A stretch of 64,000 nucleotides of DNA from a virus (Duplodnaviria > Caudoviricetes). This document shows positions 27,628 through 38,373 of the stretch, one piece after another; the first letter of the stretch is position 1, and each line of letters begins with the position of its first letter. The stretch is taken from positions 17,253 through 81,252 of the IMG/VR virus record IMGVR_UViG_2869891414_000007. One strand, 5' to 3'. A program made the translations under genes and the position numbers. The notes under the pieces are model-generated. The model made no database searches. It saw only the letters and a program-made list of their open reading frames with translations, and was not told where the DNA came from.

Positions 27628-28367
27628 ATCGGCCCCCCAGTTTCGCCGCCACCCGTTTCTACACCGCCGTGCTTGTGAGATTTGAGACTGACACCACCAG
27701 CAGTGACATCATTGGTAACAGTAATAGGGCCAAGCATACTGGCGTTACCGCCGCTTTCTCCCATCCCTTGGGTGAGGGAACCGTTTATCGTCACCGCTCC
27801 ATTTAACACGATAGTTGGCGATGTGATTTCAGTACCACCCTGCGCATTTGCTATCAGCCTGCCTGATGTCTGCACGGTGACGGTGTGATCTGCGGGGTTG
27901 ATTTCAACATACGCGCCGCCATCATCACTACGGAACTGCGCGGCGCTGGTGCTGATACCGCTGATTTTCTTTGCCTGCGACTGAGGACCAATAATGGCGA
28001 ATGCATCCGATAAATCATGCTGACGTTCGTCAACTGTCTCTTGTATGTCGCCTGACTGGTGCCAGAAATCGATACACCGATCACCAAAAACCAATAAGCA
28101 CTCATCCCCGGACTTAATGGGGAATGTCATGGTGACGCCACCGCCGCGCGGGAATATAACGGGCACATTGGTCAGTACCGATAGATTGGTTGATTCCCCG
28201 CCCGACTCGCCCTTAATACCGATCTGAATATCGCAAGTTACGCTGTCAGCATCAAATGACTGAACAATCCCCGGCATTGATACGCGCAATTGAGACGATA
28301 CAGATGATTGCAACGTTCGCAGTGTTTCGGCTAATTCTCCCGAACGGGAGTCTGTTGATACCGTCAT
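27624..28367 (-). CDS. baseplate spike (Gp138-like N-terminal domain)
   Basis: PGIVQSFD, GDECLLVFGDRCIDFW, HDLSDAF, terminal HKHGGV. Confidence 0.85.
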   Translation of the reverse strand: MTVSTDSRSGELAETLRTLQSSVSSQLRVSMPGIVQSFDADSVTCDIQIGIKGESGGESTNLSVLTNVPVIFPRGGGVTMTFPIKSGDECLLVFGDRCIDFWHQSGDIQETVDERQHDLSDAFAIIGPQSQAKKISGISTSAAQFRSDDGGAYVEINPADHTVTVQTSGRLIANAQGGTEITSPTIVLNGAVTINGSLTQGMGESGGNASMLGPITVTNDVTAGGVSLKSHKHGGVETGGGETGGPI

Positions 28368-28427
28368 GGAAAAACTCCAATAAAAAACCCGCACATTGGC
28401 GGGTTCAGATGAGGCTAAGCGACTTAG

Positions 28428-28775
28428 CTAACTTACTTTCTTGCAGGGGAATGAACCTATAATTTTCGGCGCATCCATACTGTTTTGTAGGAGTTGAACG
28501 TTAAGCCATGATTTGCCATTACGCTTAAAATATTCAAATCCGTACATGTTTCCATCACTGGCTGGCATAAGCGTCATGCTGATTTTTACGTTTTCATAAT
28601 CACCGTTTTGTTTCAGAAAGTTGATTTTCTGAGTACCTACAGTGTCACCATTCACTTTCAATAAACCGTCATTTCCGCCTGTAAGTTCGAAATTCCCGCA
28701 ATGAGTAACCGCAAACGAAGAAAAAGAAAGCAGAGATAGCGAAATTCCTATCAAGGAATTTTTTAGTAAATTCAT
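28428..28775 (-). CDS. small exported hypothetical protein (moron in tail operon)
   Basis: Sec signal peptide (LSLLSFSSFA), two Cys, AT-rich, followed by a terminator-like hairpin. Confidence 0.7.
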   Translation of the reverse strand: MNLLKNSLIGISLSLLSFSSFAVTHCGNFELTGGNDGLLKVNGDTVGTQKINFLKQNGDYENVKISMTLMPASDGNMYGFEYFKRNGKSWLNVQLLQNSMDAPKIIGSFPCKKVS

Positions 28776-28786
28776 TATTTTCCCCT

Positions 28787-29800
28787 TTAAACAAGTCTTG
28801 TCATTGCTGAGCTATTAACCAAATCCTTAGCCCCACGCGCTTCACACATCATGTCCATATACCACGGGTTACCGCGCGTATCGCCAGTATAACTAATGCC
28901 TCTGACGATATACACACCATCGGTCGCAATGCTGGATGGTTGACTTAATGCCCCGCTAACGGTCACATTGCCATTACTATTTTGTTCTTCAAGCCTGCTG
29001 CCTGCCATTTGTACTTCTTGACTAGAAAGCGTCGTACGATAGACCGATTCTTGATTTAATTGGATAAGTCCATTTAACCGAATATTAGGATTAATCAAGC
29101 AACGTACGTTAACACCCGACCCAATAGTTTGTTGTGGCATGCCAATCAAACCAGTGTTGCTGTTTAGCACAATGGCTTCATGCACATACTTATCGTTCGG
29201 CACCATATCAACCTTACCGTTCACAAACTGCCAGGTGGCCTTGCATTGCTTGGCGACGTTATCCAGATAATCCCGTGTCATGCCGTACATGGTTTTACCA
29301 CGTGGGAATACCGTGGGTGGCATTTCCGGCATGATGCCCTGAGTGATGCCGAACGGGGCAAGGTTACGCATAAGCAGATTGTTAATATCGGCCACGGTAT
29401 AACCCGCCGCTACCGTCTGGTTTATTGTGGCGTTAATAAATGCGTTATGACCATCGATAGCCTGAATCAGAATAAAGGTATCCGTGGGGTTATCTCTGCC
29501 GGTGATGGTGTACCGGATATCACCCGAGAAGATTTCACCGAAGTTAGCCTCTTCATTTTGTCCGTCCGGAGAGGTCGAGCCATCGTAACCGGCAATTAAT
29601 CGCAGCTTTGAAAACTCGGTACCGGTGATCCGGTTAATGGTATTTTGTGACAGGTTATAAATCTTGAAAATAGCGGCGCGTGGGAATGAAGTGTTGTACC
29701 ACTCAATATTAAACGTCACTTTAAAATCAGTGAAATTAATCCCCTTACCTTCGTTATCTAATAGCATCAACTCAAAGTGGCGTATCCAGTTCTTACTCAT
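28787..29800 (-). CDS. baseplate hub protein (Mu gp44/P2 D-like)
   Basis: IYNLS, LIAGY, GLIGMPQQT, CLINPNI; start set at MSKNW. Confidence 0.8.
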   Translation of the reverse strand: MSKNWIRHFELMLLDNEGKGINFTDFKVTFNIEWYNTSFPRAAIFKIYNLSQNTINRITGTEFSKLRLIAGYDGSTSPDGQNEEANFGEIFSGDIRYTITGRDNPTDTFILIQAIDGHNAFINATINQTVAAGYTVADINNLLMRNLAPFGITQGIMPEMPPTVFPRGKTMYGMTRDYLDNVAKQCKATWQFVNGKVDMVPNDKYVHEAIVLNSNTGLIGMPQQTIGSGVNVRCLINPNIRLNGLIQLNQESVYRTTLSSQEVQMAGSRLEEQNSNGNVTVSGALSQPSSIATDGVYIVRGISYTGDTRGNPWYMDMMCEARGAKDLVNSSAMTRLV

Positions 29801-29853
29801 GAAAACCTCATAAAAAAACCCGCTCAGTGGCGGGTTAAATTGCATGGATTGAT

Positions 29854-30162
29854 TTAGCTATTCTGCACAAAATATAAATGGCTACCGGTGCCAAGGTTGG
29901 TTTTTGTCGGGTATTCCTCTCGGCTATCATCACTGAGCACCGCAAAAATACCATTGATACCCAGATCAGGATATTGCTCAATCAGGTCAACACCGACCAC
30001 CAGTGGAACGCCGCAAAGCATGTCAGCGCCGCCGCTATCTCTCACGTCCATTATCCAGCCTGCGACATCACGATAGACCAGGCGCAGGTTAAGTGAGATT
30101 TCTCCAAGGGCGATATTGAAAAACTGATTATTGGCCGTTAACGGGATTTCTTGAACATTCAT
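29854..30162 (-). CDS. baseplate plug-like protein
   Basis: IPLTANNQ, GVPLVVGVDL..QY; synteny. Confidence 0.7.
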   Translation of the reverse strand: MNVQEIPLTANNQFFNIALGEISLNLRLVYRDVAGWIMDVRDSGGADMLCGVPLVVGVDLIEQYPDLGINGIFAVLSDDSREEYPTKTNLGTGSHLYFVQNS

Positions 30163-30740
30163 GCAAGTTTTTCCTTTACCCAGCCAAGACTAGATTGCAA
30201 CAACGATTTATTGGCCGGTGCTGGTGCCTTGGTGCCGGTGTTTTGCATCGCTGAGGTGCTTACTCCATCCCGCATATTCTCTTTATCGGCTACCGTGACA
30301 GACTCAGTTTGAGACAGGATGACTTCACGCAGAGTGAGAACGCACATCAACACATTCTCACTGGTTTTATCGGTCGTCACTTCAATAGCGCGGATCAGCA
30401 TATTGCTGTATTTTCGCTTACCGGTAATAACGTCTATCGGCTCCCTGCTTTCCTGTAGTTCGCGAAGTTCTTGATAAACTTCCTCCGGGCTTTTACCCAG
30501 ACTCAAGCCTATGGTTGAGGTATCCACAAAATCCAGCAAGGAACCGCCACCAGCAAAACCGACCTCCATTGTCACTTCAGCGGCACGTTTGTATGCGTGA
30601 TCGTTTACTGCCGCACCCACCTCGACGGGATGCTCTGTAATTTCCAATGCGTCTTGATGCTTTTCAGAGATAATCACACTGGGTACCAGCAACCCAATTT
30701 TTCGCGTTTGCTGCCGGAAGATGGCAGAAAGAATATCCAT
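30159..30740 (-). CDS. tail tube initiator/baseplate (Dit-like) protein
   Basis: ITEHPVEVGA.VNDHAY, VITGKRKYSNM. Confidence 0.75.
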   Translation of the reverse strand: MDILSAIFRQQTRKIGLLVPSVIISEKHQDALEITEHPVEVGAAVNDHAYKRAAEVTMEVGFAGGGSLLDFVDTSTIGLSLGKSPEEVYQELRELQESREPIDVITGKRKYSNMLIRAIEVTTDKTSENVLMCVLTLREVILSQTESVTVADKENMRDGVSTSAMQNTGTKAPAPANKSLLQSSLGWVKEKLA

Positions 30741-30748
30741 TCACCCTC

Positions 30749-32755
30749 CTATCGGGTTGGTGTATTTAATTGCTGAGTGAGTCTTGCATTGACGTTAGTC
30801 TGTCTGCCTGCAACTTCATTACCTGCGGATACCGGATCAGAGACACCCGTGATATAGATATTGGTTTCCTGCTGCAACCCTCCACCCGGCATATTGCTAT
30901 GCACCTTCGGAATGTAATTGCGGGTTTCTCGGGGCATCAGGTCTAAGCCGTGCTTCTGAACATTGCCGATCCCCCAGTTATAGGAGGCTAGAGCTTTATC
31001 CAGATCGCCGCCATTCATCTTAAGAAGCATGCTGAGATATTTCGCGGCGGCGGCGGCTGATTTCTCTGGGTCGAAAACGTCATTACCCTTAAGTCCCATA
31101 TCTTTTGCTGTCGCGTCCATGAACTGGAATAACCCTTTGGCGCCCGCGCCAGAGATAGCGAACTGATTACCGCCAGATTCCGTTATCGCCACACTCCGCA
31201 ATAAACCCGCTGGTAGGTTGTTTAATGCTTCTAACTTAGTGAGGGTAGGTTGCAGCCAGCCTAAAAGGGCTGCGCCTGACGCTGACGCGGTTGGCCTTTT
31301 TACCGACTGTGCATACTGGTCCGGCTCTGTGGTATCACTTTCACCGCGCAACCACCGTCCAACACTTCTCGGATCAAAGCCGGTTTTATCTTTGACCCAA
31401 TCGGCGGCACTATTTGCGCTATCGGTTACCGCAGGCATGGCGTCCGGCTGATCGCTGCCCTGACTTAACAGCGCCTTTCCTATCCTGGCCACCTCAACCC
31501 AATTGCCCTCTTTCAGCGCATTAATCAGGTCACCGATCATCGATAACATCTTGCCGAACTCGCCGAATTGCTTCGTTAGGTTCTCGATGTCACCTTTTAG
31601 CGTCCAGTTTTTCAGATTAATGTTGAGTAGACGGGCAATCTCAACGCCAACGCCTTTAATCGATTTCGTTAACTCATCGATCCCCTCGAGCGCGGCGTTT
31701 ATTTCTTGTTCCCACTGGCCCCAATCAATCAGGCTTTCCCCGCCCTCTTTCCACGTCTTATAGTCGTCATACAGAGCAAAGAGAGCCGCACCCAGTGAGA
31801 GAATAATACCCACTGGTGACGTGAGGAACGCTGTGTTAAGTAAGCGCCATGCCAACAGCAACCCACCAGACAACATAATGAGCTGCTGTGTGACCGGATC
31901 TAGCTTTTTAAACCAGTTGATGACATCACCGACAGCCTGACCAGTGCGCCATAATACGCGCGTAACCGCATCCCCCGCCCAGAGAATGCCCTTGATAACC
32001 TTCATCAACACAGCTTCAATCTTCGGCCAGTTGTCTAGAAGCTGCTTGCGCAGAGCATCGATATCCCCCGCCAGCCCATTAGCCAGATTTGCGCCAATCT
32101 TGTCCCGCGCCTGACCAAGTGTCATCGTGAGGTTACGCATGGACGTCATAAAGCGGTTAGATTGCTTGGCCGCGGTATCCGCATTAAAACCGATTTTCTT
32201 AGCGGTTAATGCATATTCGGAGCCAAAGCCCCCCAGCCCCTTACGCATTGCCATTAGCGTATTTTCATCAATACCCAGCATCTGCGCGTATTGGTTGGCG
32301 CGGTAATACGGCATGCTGCTTAGTTTGGCACTAAGGCCGGTAAAGATGGCCGAGGTATCGCGCATGTTACCGTTAGCGCTACGGGTCTGAATACCCAACC
32401 GATTGAGAAAGCCCTCAGCCCCCGGACTGTTACGGATAAATCGAGCAAGGCTTTCGAGTGAGCCTTGTGCTGATGCGGCATCTACGCCAAGTTGCGAAGC
32501 GGCATAACCTAACGCCTTGATACCCGCCACCGATGCGCCCGTACGCTGGGAGGCGAAATAAACCTTATCCAGACCGTCAGCAATCTTGGTGGTAAAACCA
32601 ACAACGGCCAACGCTGCCCCTTCGACCACTGCGCCCATTTTCAGTACATTGGCCGTGACGCCGGCGACCACAGCGGAAAATTTCTTTTCTCCTGCCTCGT
32701 CCAATTCAAAGCCAAGACTGACCAGAAAGTCCTTAATGGTTTCAGCGTTGCTCAT
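30749..32755 (-). CDS. tape measure protein with C-terminal lytic transglycosylase (SLT) domain
   Basis: IKDFLVSLGF N-terminus; TESGG (catalytic E), GAKGLFQF, ALASYNWG. Confidence 0.9.
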   Translation of the reverse strand: MSNAETIKDFLVSLGFELDEAGEKKFSAVVAGVTANVLKMGAVVEGAALAVVGFTTKIADGLDKVYFASQRTGASVAGIKALGYAASQLGVDAASAQGSLESLARFIRNSPGAEGFLNRLGIQTRSANGNMRDTSAIFTGLSAKLSSMPYYRANQYAQMLGIDENTLMAMRKGLGGFGSEYALTAKKIGFNADTAAKQSNRFMTSMRNLTMTLGQARDKIGANLANGLAGDIDALRKQLLDNWPKIEAVLMKVIKGILWAGDAVTRVLWRTGQAVGDVINWFKKLDPVTQQLIMLSGGLLLAWRLLNTAFLTSPVGIILSLGAALFALYDDYKTWKEGGESLIDWGQWEQEINAALEGIDELTKSIKGVGVEIARLLNINLKNWTLKGDIENLTKQFGEFGKMLSMIGDLINALKEGNWVEVARIGKALLSQGSDQPDAMPAVTDSANSAADWVKDKTGFDPRSVGRWLRGESDTTEPDQYAQSVKRPTASASGAALLGWLQPTLTKLEALNNLPAGLLRSVAITESGGNQFAISGAGAKGLFQFMDATAKDMGLKGNDVFDPEKSAAAAAKYLSMLLKMNGGDLDKALASYNWGIGNVQKHGLDLMPRETRNYIPKVHSNMPGGGLQQETNIYITGVSDPVSAGNEVAGRQTNVNARLTQQLNTPTR

Positions 32756-32933
32756 TGTCGGCTCTCCATTTGTCTATTTTCGCCTGATTCTCAGCCTCCA
32801 GATCGAGATAATCATTTAGCAGTGCAATGTCGAGTAGGTCTAGATTGCCGCTTTTGATTTCACCCATGGTCGTGAGTTGGTGCTTTACCGGGCGCAAGAT
32901 AAAATCCTCCCCACCTGGCAAGGTATCCAGCAT
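32742..32933 (-). CDS. tail assembly chaperone extension (T-like), reachable by -1 frameshift
   Basis: TAATG overlap with the upstream chaperone puts it in the -1 frame, open back to the slippery site. Confidence 0.75.
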   Translation of the reverse strand: MLDTLPGGEDFILRPVKHQLTTMGEIKSGNLDLLDIALLNDYLDLEAENQAKIDKWRADNEQR

Positions 32934-33331
32934 TAAGCCGCTGGCGGTTCCGCTGGTGCGCTCTCTTGGAGTTCGTGCAAAAAATTTCCCATCGAGTTGC
33001 CTACCACCCGACCAACAATTTGCAACATTGCCATCAGATCAATGTCATCAAACATCAGTTCACCGCCGCTAAATATCGGGTTATAGGCTTTGCCGTGCTT
33101 GCGTGTCACTATCGCCAAGCAGGGGTGAATAATGGCATTGCAGTCCTCGTCGCTGATATCGGAAAGTGACTGGGCGATACTGGGTAACGCCGTTTCAATC
33201 GTCACCGTGCCGCTTCGCAGGTCTTTGAGAATACCCGCCAGTAGGGGCAACAACTTACGCGACACTTTCAACTGCGCGAACACGTCGAGTTTCTTAGAGC
33301 GGTACTCGATACCTTTAATCGTAAATTCCAT
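32933..33331 (-). CDS. tail assembly chaperone (G-like)
   Basis: Lies between tube and tape measure; contains slippery heptamer. Confidence 0.8.
   Translation of the reverse strand: MEFTIKGIEYRSKKLDVFAQLKVSRKLLPLLAGILKDLRSGTVTIETALPSIAQSLSDISDEDCNAIIHPCLAIVTRKHGKAYNPIFSGGELMFDDIDLMAMLQIVGRVVGNSMGNFLHELQESAPAEPPAA
32978..32984 (-). other. -1 frameshift heptamer TTTTTTG
   Basis: GGA AAT TTT TTG; -1 frame reads FFARTPRERTSGTASGLMLDTL straight into 32742-32933. Confidence 0.7.
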
Positions 33332-33341
33332 TAATTACTCC

Positions 33342-33782
33342 TTAAAAAGTACCCAGCAGTTGGTCAACCTTGATGCAGTCAAATACCCATGCCACCAGCG
33401 CACCGTCTTTGGCGTTATTGAAATCGGGCTGCTTTTGGAATGCACAGCCACGTGCGGCAAAGGTGTCACCGCTGGCGGTGTTGCGGATCAGAATGATGTT
33501 GTTGCCCCAGGTGGCACTCGACTGCGCCTGCGCGTTATACATAACCGATAACTTGCGATTAGTCGGGCTGGTTTTCAGTAGATTTACCGTCACCGTGCCA
33601 CCTTTGCCTGCATGTAGGCTGTGCATCCCCTCACCGTCAGCACCAATGGTCATGGTGTTCTTATTCTCGATCATTGAGGTGGTGATCCCCTCATCGGTGA
33701 CGGCGGCGCCATAACCTAGATCGAATGAACCGCCTACACCCACGATAGAGGCGGTAACGTCCATAAAGCTATAAGTTGACAT
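33342..33782 (-). CDS. tail tube protein (DUF3277-like)
   Basis: MSTYSFMDV, GADGEGMHS, LLKTSP.N..L. Confidence 0.85.
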   Translation of the reverse strand: MSTYSFMDVTASIVGVGGSFDLGYGAAVTDEGITTSMIENKNTMTIGADGEGMHSLHAGKGGTVTVNLLKTSPTNRKLSVMYNAQAQSSATWGNNIILIRNTASGDTFAARGCAFQKQPDFNNAKDGALVAWVFDCIKVDQLLGTF

Positions 33783-33793
33783 TTATCAGCTCC

Positions 33794-35269
33794 TTAGCGG
33801 TTAACATTGATGATGACATCGGCGTAGTGAACCGCACCGGCCAACTTGATTGCAGACTGCATCACCGGTGCTTTACGTCCCTCGCGGTCGGCCTGTGCCT
33901 GTGATGCCACTGGCGGCGCGTAAACGTAGTAGCCTTTGGTCAGGGTGTCGCCGGTTGCCAACACGCCGAAACTATCACCACCCCAGACACCCGGTGCTAC
34001 CAGCCCGTTAATGACCGATTGATCCAGTGACTTCTCTACATTGGCTAGCAAACGGGTTACACCCGCGTCTGTCTGTGGAATTTTGGTGGGGCTGGTAAAC
34101 AGTAGGTTGTAGAGGTTGTTCTGTACGTAGTTCTGCAACCAGTCGAGGCCGTGGCGCTCATCAAAGAAATCACCGTTGCACATCACGCCCTCTTGAATAA
34201 TCGCCGTGTCGTTGTCGTAATTGACGAACACATTGCAATTCTTCGCTTTCAGCGCGTTAGCTTGAGACTGCTCAAGTGATTCGGCGGTAATACCTGGCTG
34301 TTGTTTGAATTTAAGCGTGATGGTGGTGTTATTGCCGTTGAAATTCACAGTAAACGCACGACCAAAGATAGAGGCGGCGGCATACGGGCTGGCGCTGGAA
34401 TACTGCACCAGGGTACGGGCATATTTCGCCGCTTTCAGCTTGCTGGCGATATCGGTATCAATATCCGCATCCAGCGCAGTAGTTACCTGTGTGGTATGGC
34501 CGTAAACCCGAGAAACATCATCACTCTGGATAAACGAGGCAATACTGATCACGTCTGTATCGCTTAATGATGGGTCGGCAATAACCAGCCCATACCAGCG
34601 CGTAGACATGTCAGCTAATTTATAAATGCATGCCTGAATAGTTTCATTCGCCAGACCTTGAACCGGCAGCGCGCCGGCGCTCTCAACCAATCCCAGCAGT
34701 ACAGAAATATCGGTACCGGTCGCATTAGCCGAACCGTAGCCGACTGATGATGCTGCGCCTGTCGTTTTGGATGTGATGATGAAGCGGCTACCATTCCAGA
34801 TAACGGTTGCGATAAGCAGTGATTCCTCTACTCGGGCCGCAACACCATTCAGGTTTAGTTCATCAGTCCAATCAACATCACTGACAACGGTTTCAACACC
34901 ATCTACCGTGATTTTCATGGAGCCATCAGCAATAGCGGTAAAGTTAGCCATAAGCTGTTGAGTTGGGTTTAAAATCGCACCGCGCAATAGTCCGGCTGCA
35001 TCCTCTTTCACCCAGCGGCCGACATAGGAATCAATCGGTTGTGGGGATTGCTGATAATACAAATTAGCGGCCTGATACTCAGGTGCTGTCAGACCAAAGT
35101 CAGATGCGATATCTGTCGCGCTTGAATAGTTGCGCAGACGTTCGTGAGCATCGATAACAGGCGACGGGCCAACCACCAGCAGGGAACCAAAGTTCCGCGC
35201 CATGGCAGCACGCACAGCCATATTCACCGTCACATTGACGATGTTAGAAACAGGTAATCCCTGCGACAT
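33794..35269 (-). CDS. tail sheath protein (DUF3383-like)
   Basis: [35 protein letters not shown]. Confidence 0.9.
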   Translation of the reverse strand: MSQGLPVSNIVNVTVNMAVRAAMARNFGSLLVVGPSPVIDAHERLRNYSSATDIASDFGLTAPEYQAANLYYQQSPQPIDSYVGRWVKEDAAGLLRGAILNPTQQLMANFTAIADGSMKITVDGVETVVSDVDWTDELNLNGVAARVEESLLIATVIWNGSRFIITSKTTGAASSVGYGSANATGTDISVLLGLVESAGALPVQGLANETIQACIYKLADMSTRWYGLVIADPSLSDTDVISIASFIQSDDVSRVYGHTTQVTTALDADIDTDIASKLKAAKYARTLVQYSSASPYAAASIFGRAFTVNFNGNNTTITLKFKQQPGITAESLEQSQANALKAKNCNVFVNYDNDTAIIQEGVMCNGDFFDERHGLDWLQNYVQNNLYNLLFTSPTKIPQTDAGVTRLLANVEKSLDQSVINGLVAPGVWGGDSFGVLATGDTLTKGYYVYAPPVASQAQADREGRKAPVMQSAIKLAGAVHYADVIINVNR

Positions 35270-35271
35270 GG

Positions 35272-35820
35272 TTATTCTCCGAAGAATTTAACGGGGGCGG
35301 AGGTCAGCGATTTAATGCCGTACTCGCGTATTACTTTGCGGCGTAGCTTGATGGTGATATCGAAGCGACGAACCCATTTGTTATTGATGAGTTCAGGAAA
35401 GGGATTAATGCGACTGCAACGGGCCAGAGAAAGGCCCATTCTCACCAGTTCGTCATTGTTTTGAGTGATAGTCAGACCGTCACGGAATTGAGTTGCATAC
35501 CGTTGCCCGTTGGGACCGTAGAAACTCGCCATACATTCGACTTCTTCGTGTCGCCATAACTCGGTGCTGTTTTCAGTTTGGTTCTCAAAGGCGGGGCTGG
35601 CATCATCAGGAATATCGATTACCCCAAAGCCGCACCAGTTAACATCAGCCTCCATAATGGGTGACTGCACGGCTGTCCAGCGTGGGCGAACGTGACCATC
35701 GGGTAGCCCGGACACCCCTCTCACCCACTGACTCAGTAAGCGCTCCAGCGTCTCATCGTAAGCGGGACCGTCAGCAATGGGTGTTAGCCAGCCTGCCTCA
35801 TCACTGCTGTTGTTGCTCAA
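35272..35820 (-). CDS. tail terminator/neck protein
   Basis: VRPRW, ASFYGP, RFDITI; synteny; start uncertain (TTG 35820 or ATG 35835). Confidence 0.7.
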   Translation of the reverse strand: MSNNSSDEAGWLTPIADGPAYDETLERLLSQWVRGVSGLPDGHVRPRWTAVQSPIMEADVNWCGFGVIDIPDDASPAFENQTENSTELWRHEEVECMASFYGPNGQRYATQFRDGLTITQNNDELVRMGLSLARCSRINPFPELINNKWVRRFDITIKLRRKVIREYGIKSLTSAPVKFFGE

Positions 35821-36199
35821 TGGGAATTCCTCCATCGAACGGCAGGAGTTCACAGTGCGCTTGAACGAATCCCGCACCATATGCCGTGTAGGGGTCAACA
35901 AAGGTCACGCGATAATCGCGATTCTGATAGGTAACAATATCGGCATCACGCCCCGTCTGCCCCTGGGTAAGCCGCTCGACAGTCACAATAAGAATTGCGC
36001 CACCAATGACATTCCCTGACATCATCCGGCGCGACTCAAGCGAGCGATCAACCGTAACCACTCCCGCAAAACCTTTTTCAATGACGGTGTTGGTGGCGAA
36101 TCCGTCTGCATCAACCGTCTGCATGTTTCGTTTAACCACCAGTGACATGTCACAGAAGTCCGGGTCAAACAGCACGTCGGTTACATCAAGATTTGGCAT
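35801..36199 (-). CDS. head closure/head-tail adaptor
   Basis: [20 protein letters not shown]. Confidence 0.72.
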   Translation of the reverse strand: MPNLDVTDVLFDPDFCDMSLVVKRNMQTVDADGFATNTVIEKGFAGVVTVDRSLESRRMMSGNVIGGAILIVTVERLTQGQTGRDADIVTYQNRDYRVTFVDPYTAYGAGFVQAHCELLPFDGGIPIEQQQQ

Positions 36200-36680
36200 A
36201 TTTGTCCCTTACGATAGAGGTTATCGTCCGTCGATATTGCCCGGTGTCAATGAGTGGCTTATCCCCGCTGCGACCGCGCCGCAAACGAGCGCTGATAGTG
36301 CTGTCAGCTAAAGGGGTAAAGCCGGTAATAGTGATATAGCGTTTCACCGCATTGCTAGCGATGATACCCGCCTGCTCTAACGCCCGATCTGCGGCGGCCT
36401 GATTGCCCGCCAAAACCGCCTGCGCCGCCTGTTTCAGCTTTTGGGTGGTTTCGTCCTGTACCGACCTGACGCCAGGCTGTAGGTGGGGTCGTGGGGGGAT
36501 ATTTTGCGCCGGTGAACCAAATTCGTTGATATAACCGATCCCGGCGTTACCGAAAGGGATATCCTCCCGTTCACTTTTCTCCTCAGGGATACCAATCAAC
36601 ACATCTTTCCTGCCGATGGCCTTAAGTGCCGCCAGCACATCATTTGTTTTATCTACCCGTACCTTTAAGCCGCTTTTCAT
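36186..36680 (-). CDS. neck/tail completion protein (HK97 gp10-like)
   Basis: INEFG, IPPRP.L, KPLIDTG. Confidence 0.75.
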   Translation of the reverse strand: MKSGLKVRVDKTNDVLAALKAIGRKDVLIGIPEEKSEREDIPFGNAGIGYINEFGSPAQNIPPRPHLQPGVRSVQDETTQKLKQAAQAVLAGNQAAADRALEQAGIIASNAVKRYITITGFTPLADSTISARLRRGRSGDKPLIDTGQYRRTITSIVRDKYAKS

Positions 36681-37081
36681 AGCTGCCGCCCTCCAGCGCC
36701 AAACATGAGGATGATCTGGTAGAACTCGGCACCGTAGCGGGTGAAATTCCAGAATCCGGCATCAGGGTTCAGCGTGGCGCTATTGTCATAGCTCACCGAA
36801 ACCTTATCGACACTCTTAGAAGCCGCTACACCATTCGTTGCCCCACTAGCACCTCCCAGCGCCGCCGATTGCATGTCTTTCGCTTGCAATGTTATGTAAT
36901 GAGCGACAAATAACTCAACCAGATAGGGAAACATATTATCCAGTAGGTTCTCATCTAACAGGTTGTCAGCGAGTGATAGTCGAAACTGAATGGCGGCGGT
37001 AGGGTATCGGGCTTCATTCTCGAACTGGGGGAAATCAGTCCTGAACTGTGCCGCTGTCGGTAGGTTTCTGTTCCTTGGCAT
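36677..37081 (-). CDS. head-tail connector (DUF4054-like)
   Basis: [32 protein letters not shown]. Confidence 0.8.
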   Translation of the reverse strand: MPRNRNLPTAAQFRTDFPQFENEARYPTAAIQFRLSLADNLLDENLLDNMFPYLVELFVAHYITLQAKDMQSAALGGASGATNGVAASKSVDKVSVSYDNSATLNPDAGFWNFTRYGAEFYQIILMFGAGGRQL

Positions 37082-37379
37082 TGGCTTTTACCTTCGGTTT
37101 AGTTAGCTCATCGATTTGCTTCTGCATCTCAAGGATGGAGTTATCACGATCAGCCAGCGCTTGCGTCTGTTCATCGATTTGCTTCTGCATCTCAAGGATG
37201 GAGGCTTGCAGGTCGGTGTTATTTTGCTCAACCTCTCCGTCAATCACCTCGGCGTGTGCCAGAGTGAACCAATGCTCCGCAACGTCTTTCGTCACCGTGT
37301 GAGTGCCAACGAGAAAGGCGATATCTTGCTGACCAGGCAGGGACAATTTAAAGGGGGTATGTACTGCAATTTTCATCAT
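37035..37379 (-). CDS. hypothetical virion-associated protein with internal duplication
   Basis: Follows capsid gene; [11 protein letters not shown] occurs twice. Confidence 0.7.
   Translation of the reverse strand: MMKIAVHTPFKLSLPGQQDIAFLVGTHTVTKDVAEHWFTLAHAEVIDGEVEQNNTDLQASILEMQKQIDEQTQALADRDNSILEMQKQIDELTKPKVKANAKEQKPTDSGTVQD
37108..37203. repeat. 33-bp direct repeat, 63-bp period
   Basis: tcatcgatttgcttctgcatctcaaggatggag at 37108-37140 and 37171-37203. Confidence 0.95.
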
Positions 37380-37416
37380 TTCACCTTACAGGCCTCCTGC
37401 GAGGCCATCAGAGTTA

Positions 37417-38361
37417 TTAAATGCCGTCGAAGTAAGCCAGTGTTTCAATGTACGGGGCTTCAACCACACCCAGCTTTCCGTAATAGGTCACCAACTGCCA
37501 CAGCCCACGATACTGGATCGGGATGCTGGTCAGTGGCACTAGTGGGAAGCGCACATACTTACGGTCATTGGTGTAGGCCACCATCCGATCTTTACCCGCC
37601 ACACCCGCACCTTTCAGCCATTTCACCGCGCGGATATTCAGAGGAATACCGTTTTGATGGAAAGAGATAGTGTTAGTAGTCAGGTAGGTCAGCAAAGATT
37701 GGTTACCCGCATCAGACACAATAACCTGCGCCAGATAGGCGTACTGCTCAGGAGGTAACAGCAGGTCTTTCGGTACCACGGTATAACCAGATGCAGCCCA
37801 GGCATCGGAAAGCACCTTGTTAATGGAATCGCGAATCTCCGCAACGGTCGAGGTCAGCCACGATTTCACCGCGTTGCCGATCGCTACGCCGGTGTAGTTA
37901 GCCAGACCTTTTACGCCCAAATCGGTATCACCGAGATAGACCTGTTCGTCGGCATCCATGTGCCATTTCAACACCATGCCGTCATATTTCTGCGTATCAA
38001 TTGGACGGCCCATCTGTTGAGCGGCGGCTAATTCAATCACCGTCCAACCCAGTTCCATCCCCCACAGTGTCAGCGGGAAACCCTTTTTATCGATATCTAA
38101 GTTAATGCCTGCCAGTGCGGTCGACTCCTGGCTAACCCAGTTTTTACCCTTTGGATTGGCACCGGTACCGGCTGCAGCAAAGCCGGTTTTAGTGAATGAG
38201 CTGATTTCATCGGCGATATTCACGTCTTCACGGAATTGAATGTCGCGGGTGTAGGTCGTCCCCACCAACGGCAGGTTAATCTCTGGATCTAATCGCTCCA
38301 GCTCTCCAATGAGGAATGCGCCGCTGGCATCAATGGTGCGCTGGCTGTCGTATGTGATCAT
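37417..38361 (-). CDS. major capsid protein (DUF2184-like)
   Basis: FLIGELERLD, WGMELGWT..EL, DRMVAY, YFDGI. Confidence 0.88.
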   Translation of the reverse strand: MITYDSQRTIDASGAFLIGELERLDPEINLPLVGTTYTRDIQFREDVNIADEISSFTKTGFAAAGTGANPKGKNWVSQESTALAGINLDIDKKGFPLTLWGMELGWTVIELAAAQQMGRPIDTQKYDGMVLKWHMDADEQVYLGDTDLGVKGLANYTGVAIGNAVKSWLTSTVAEIRDSINKVLSDAWAASGYTVVPKDLLLPPEQYAYLAQVIVSDAGNQSLLTYLTTNTISFHQNGIPLNIRAVKWLKGAGVAGKDRMVAYTNDRKYVRFPLVPLTSIPIQYRGLWQLVTYYGKLGVVEAPYIETLAYFDGI

Positions 38362-38373
38362 ATTGATTGTTCC

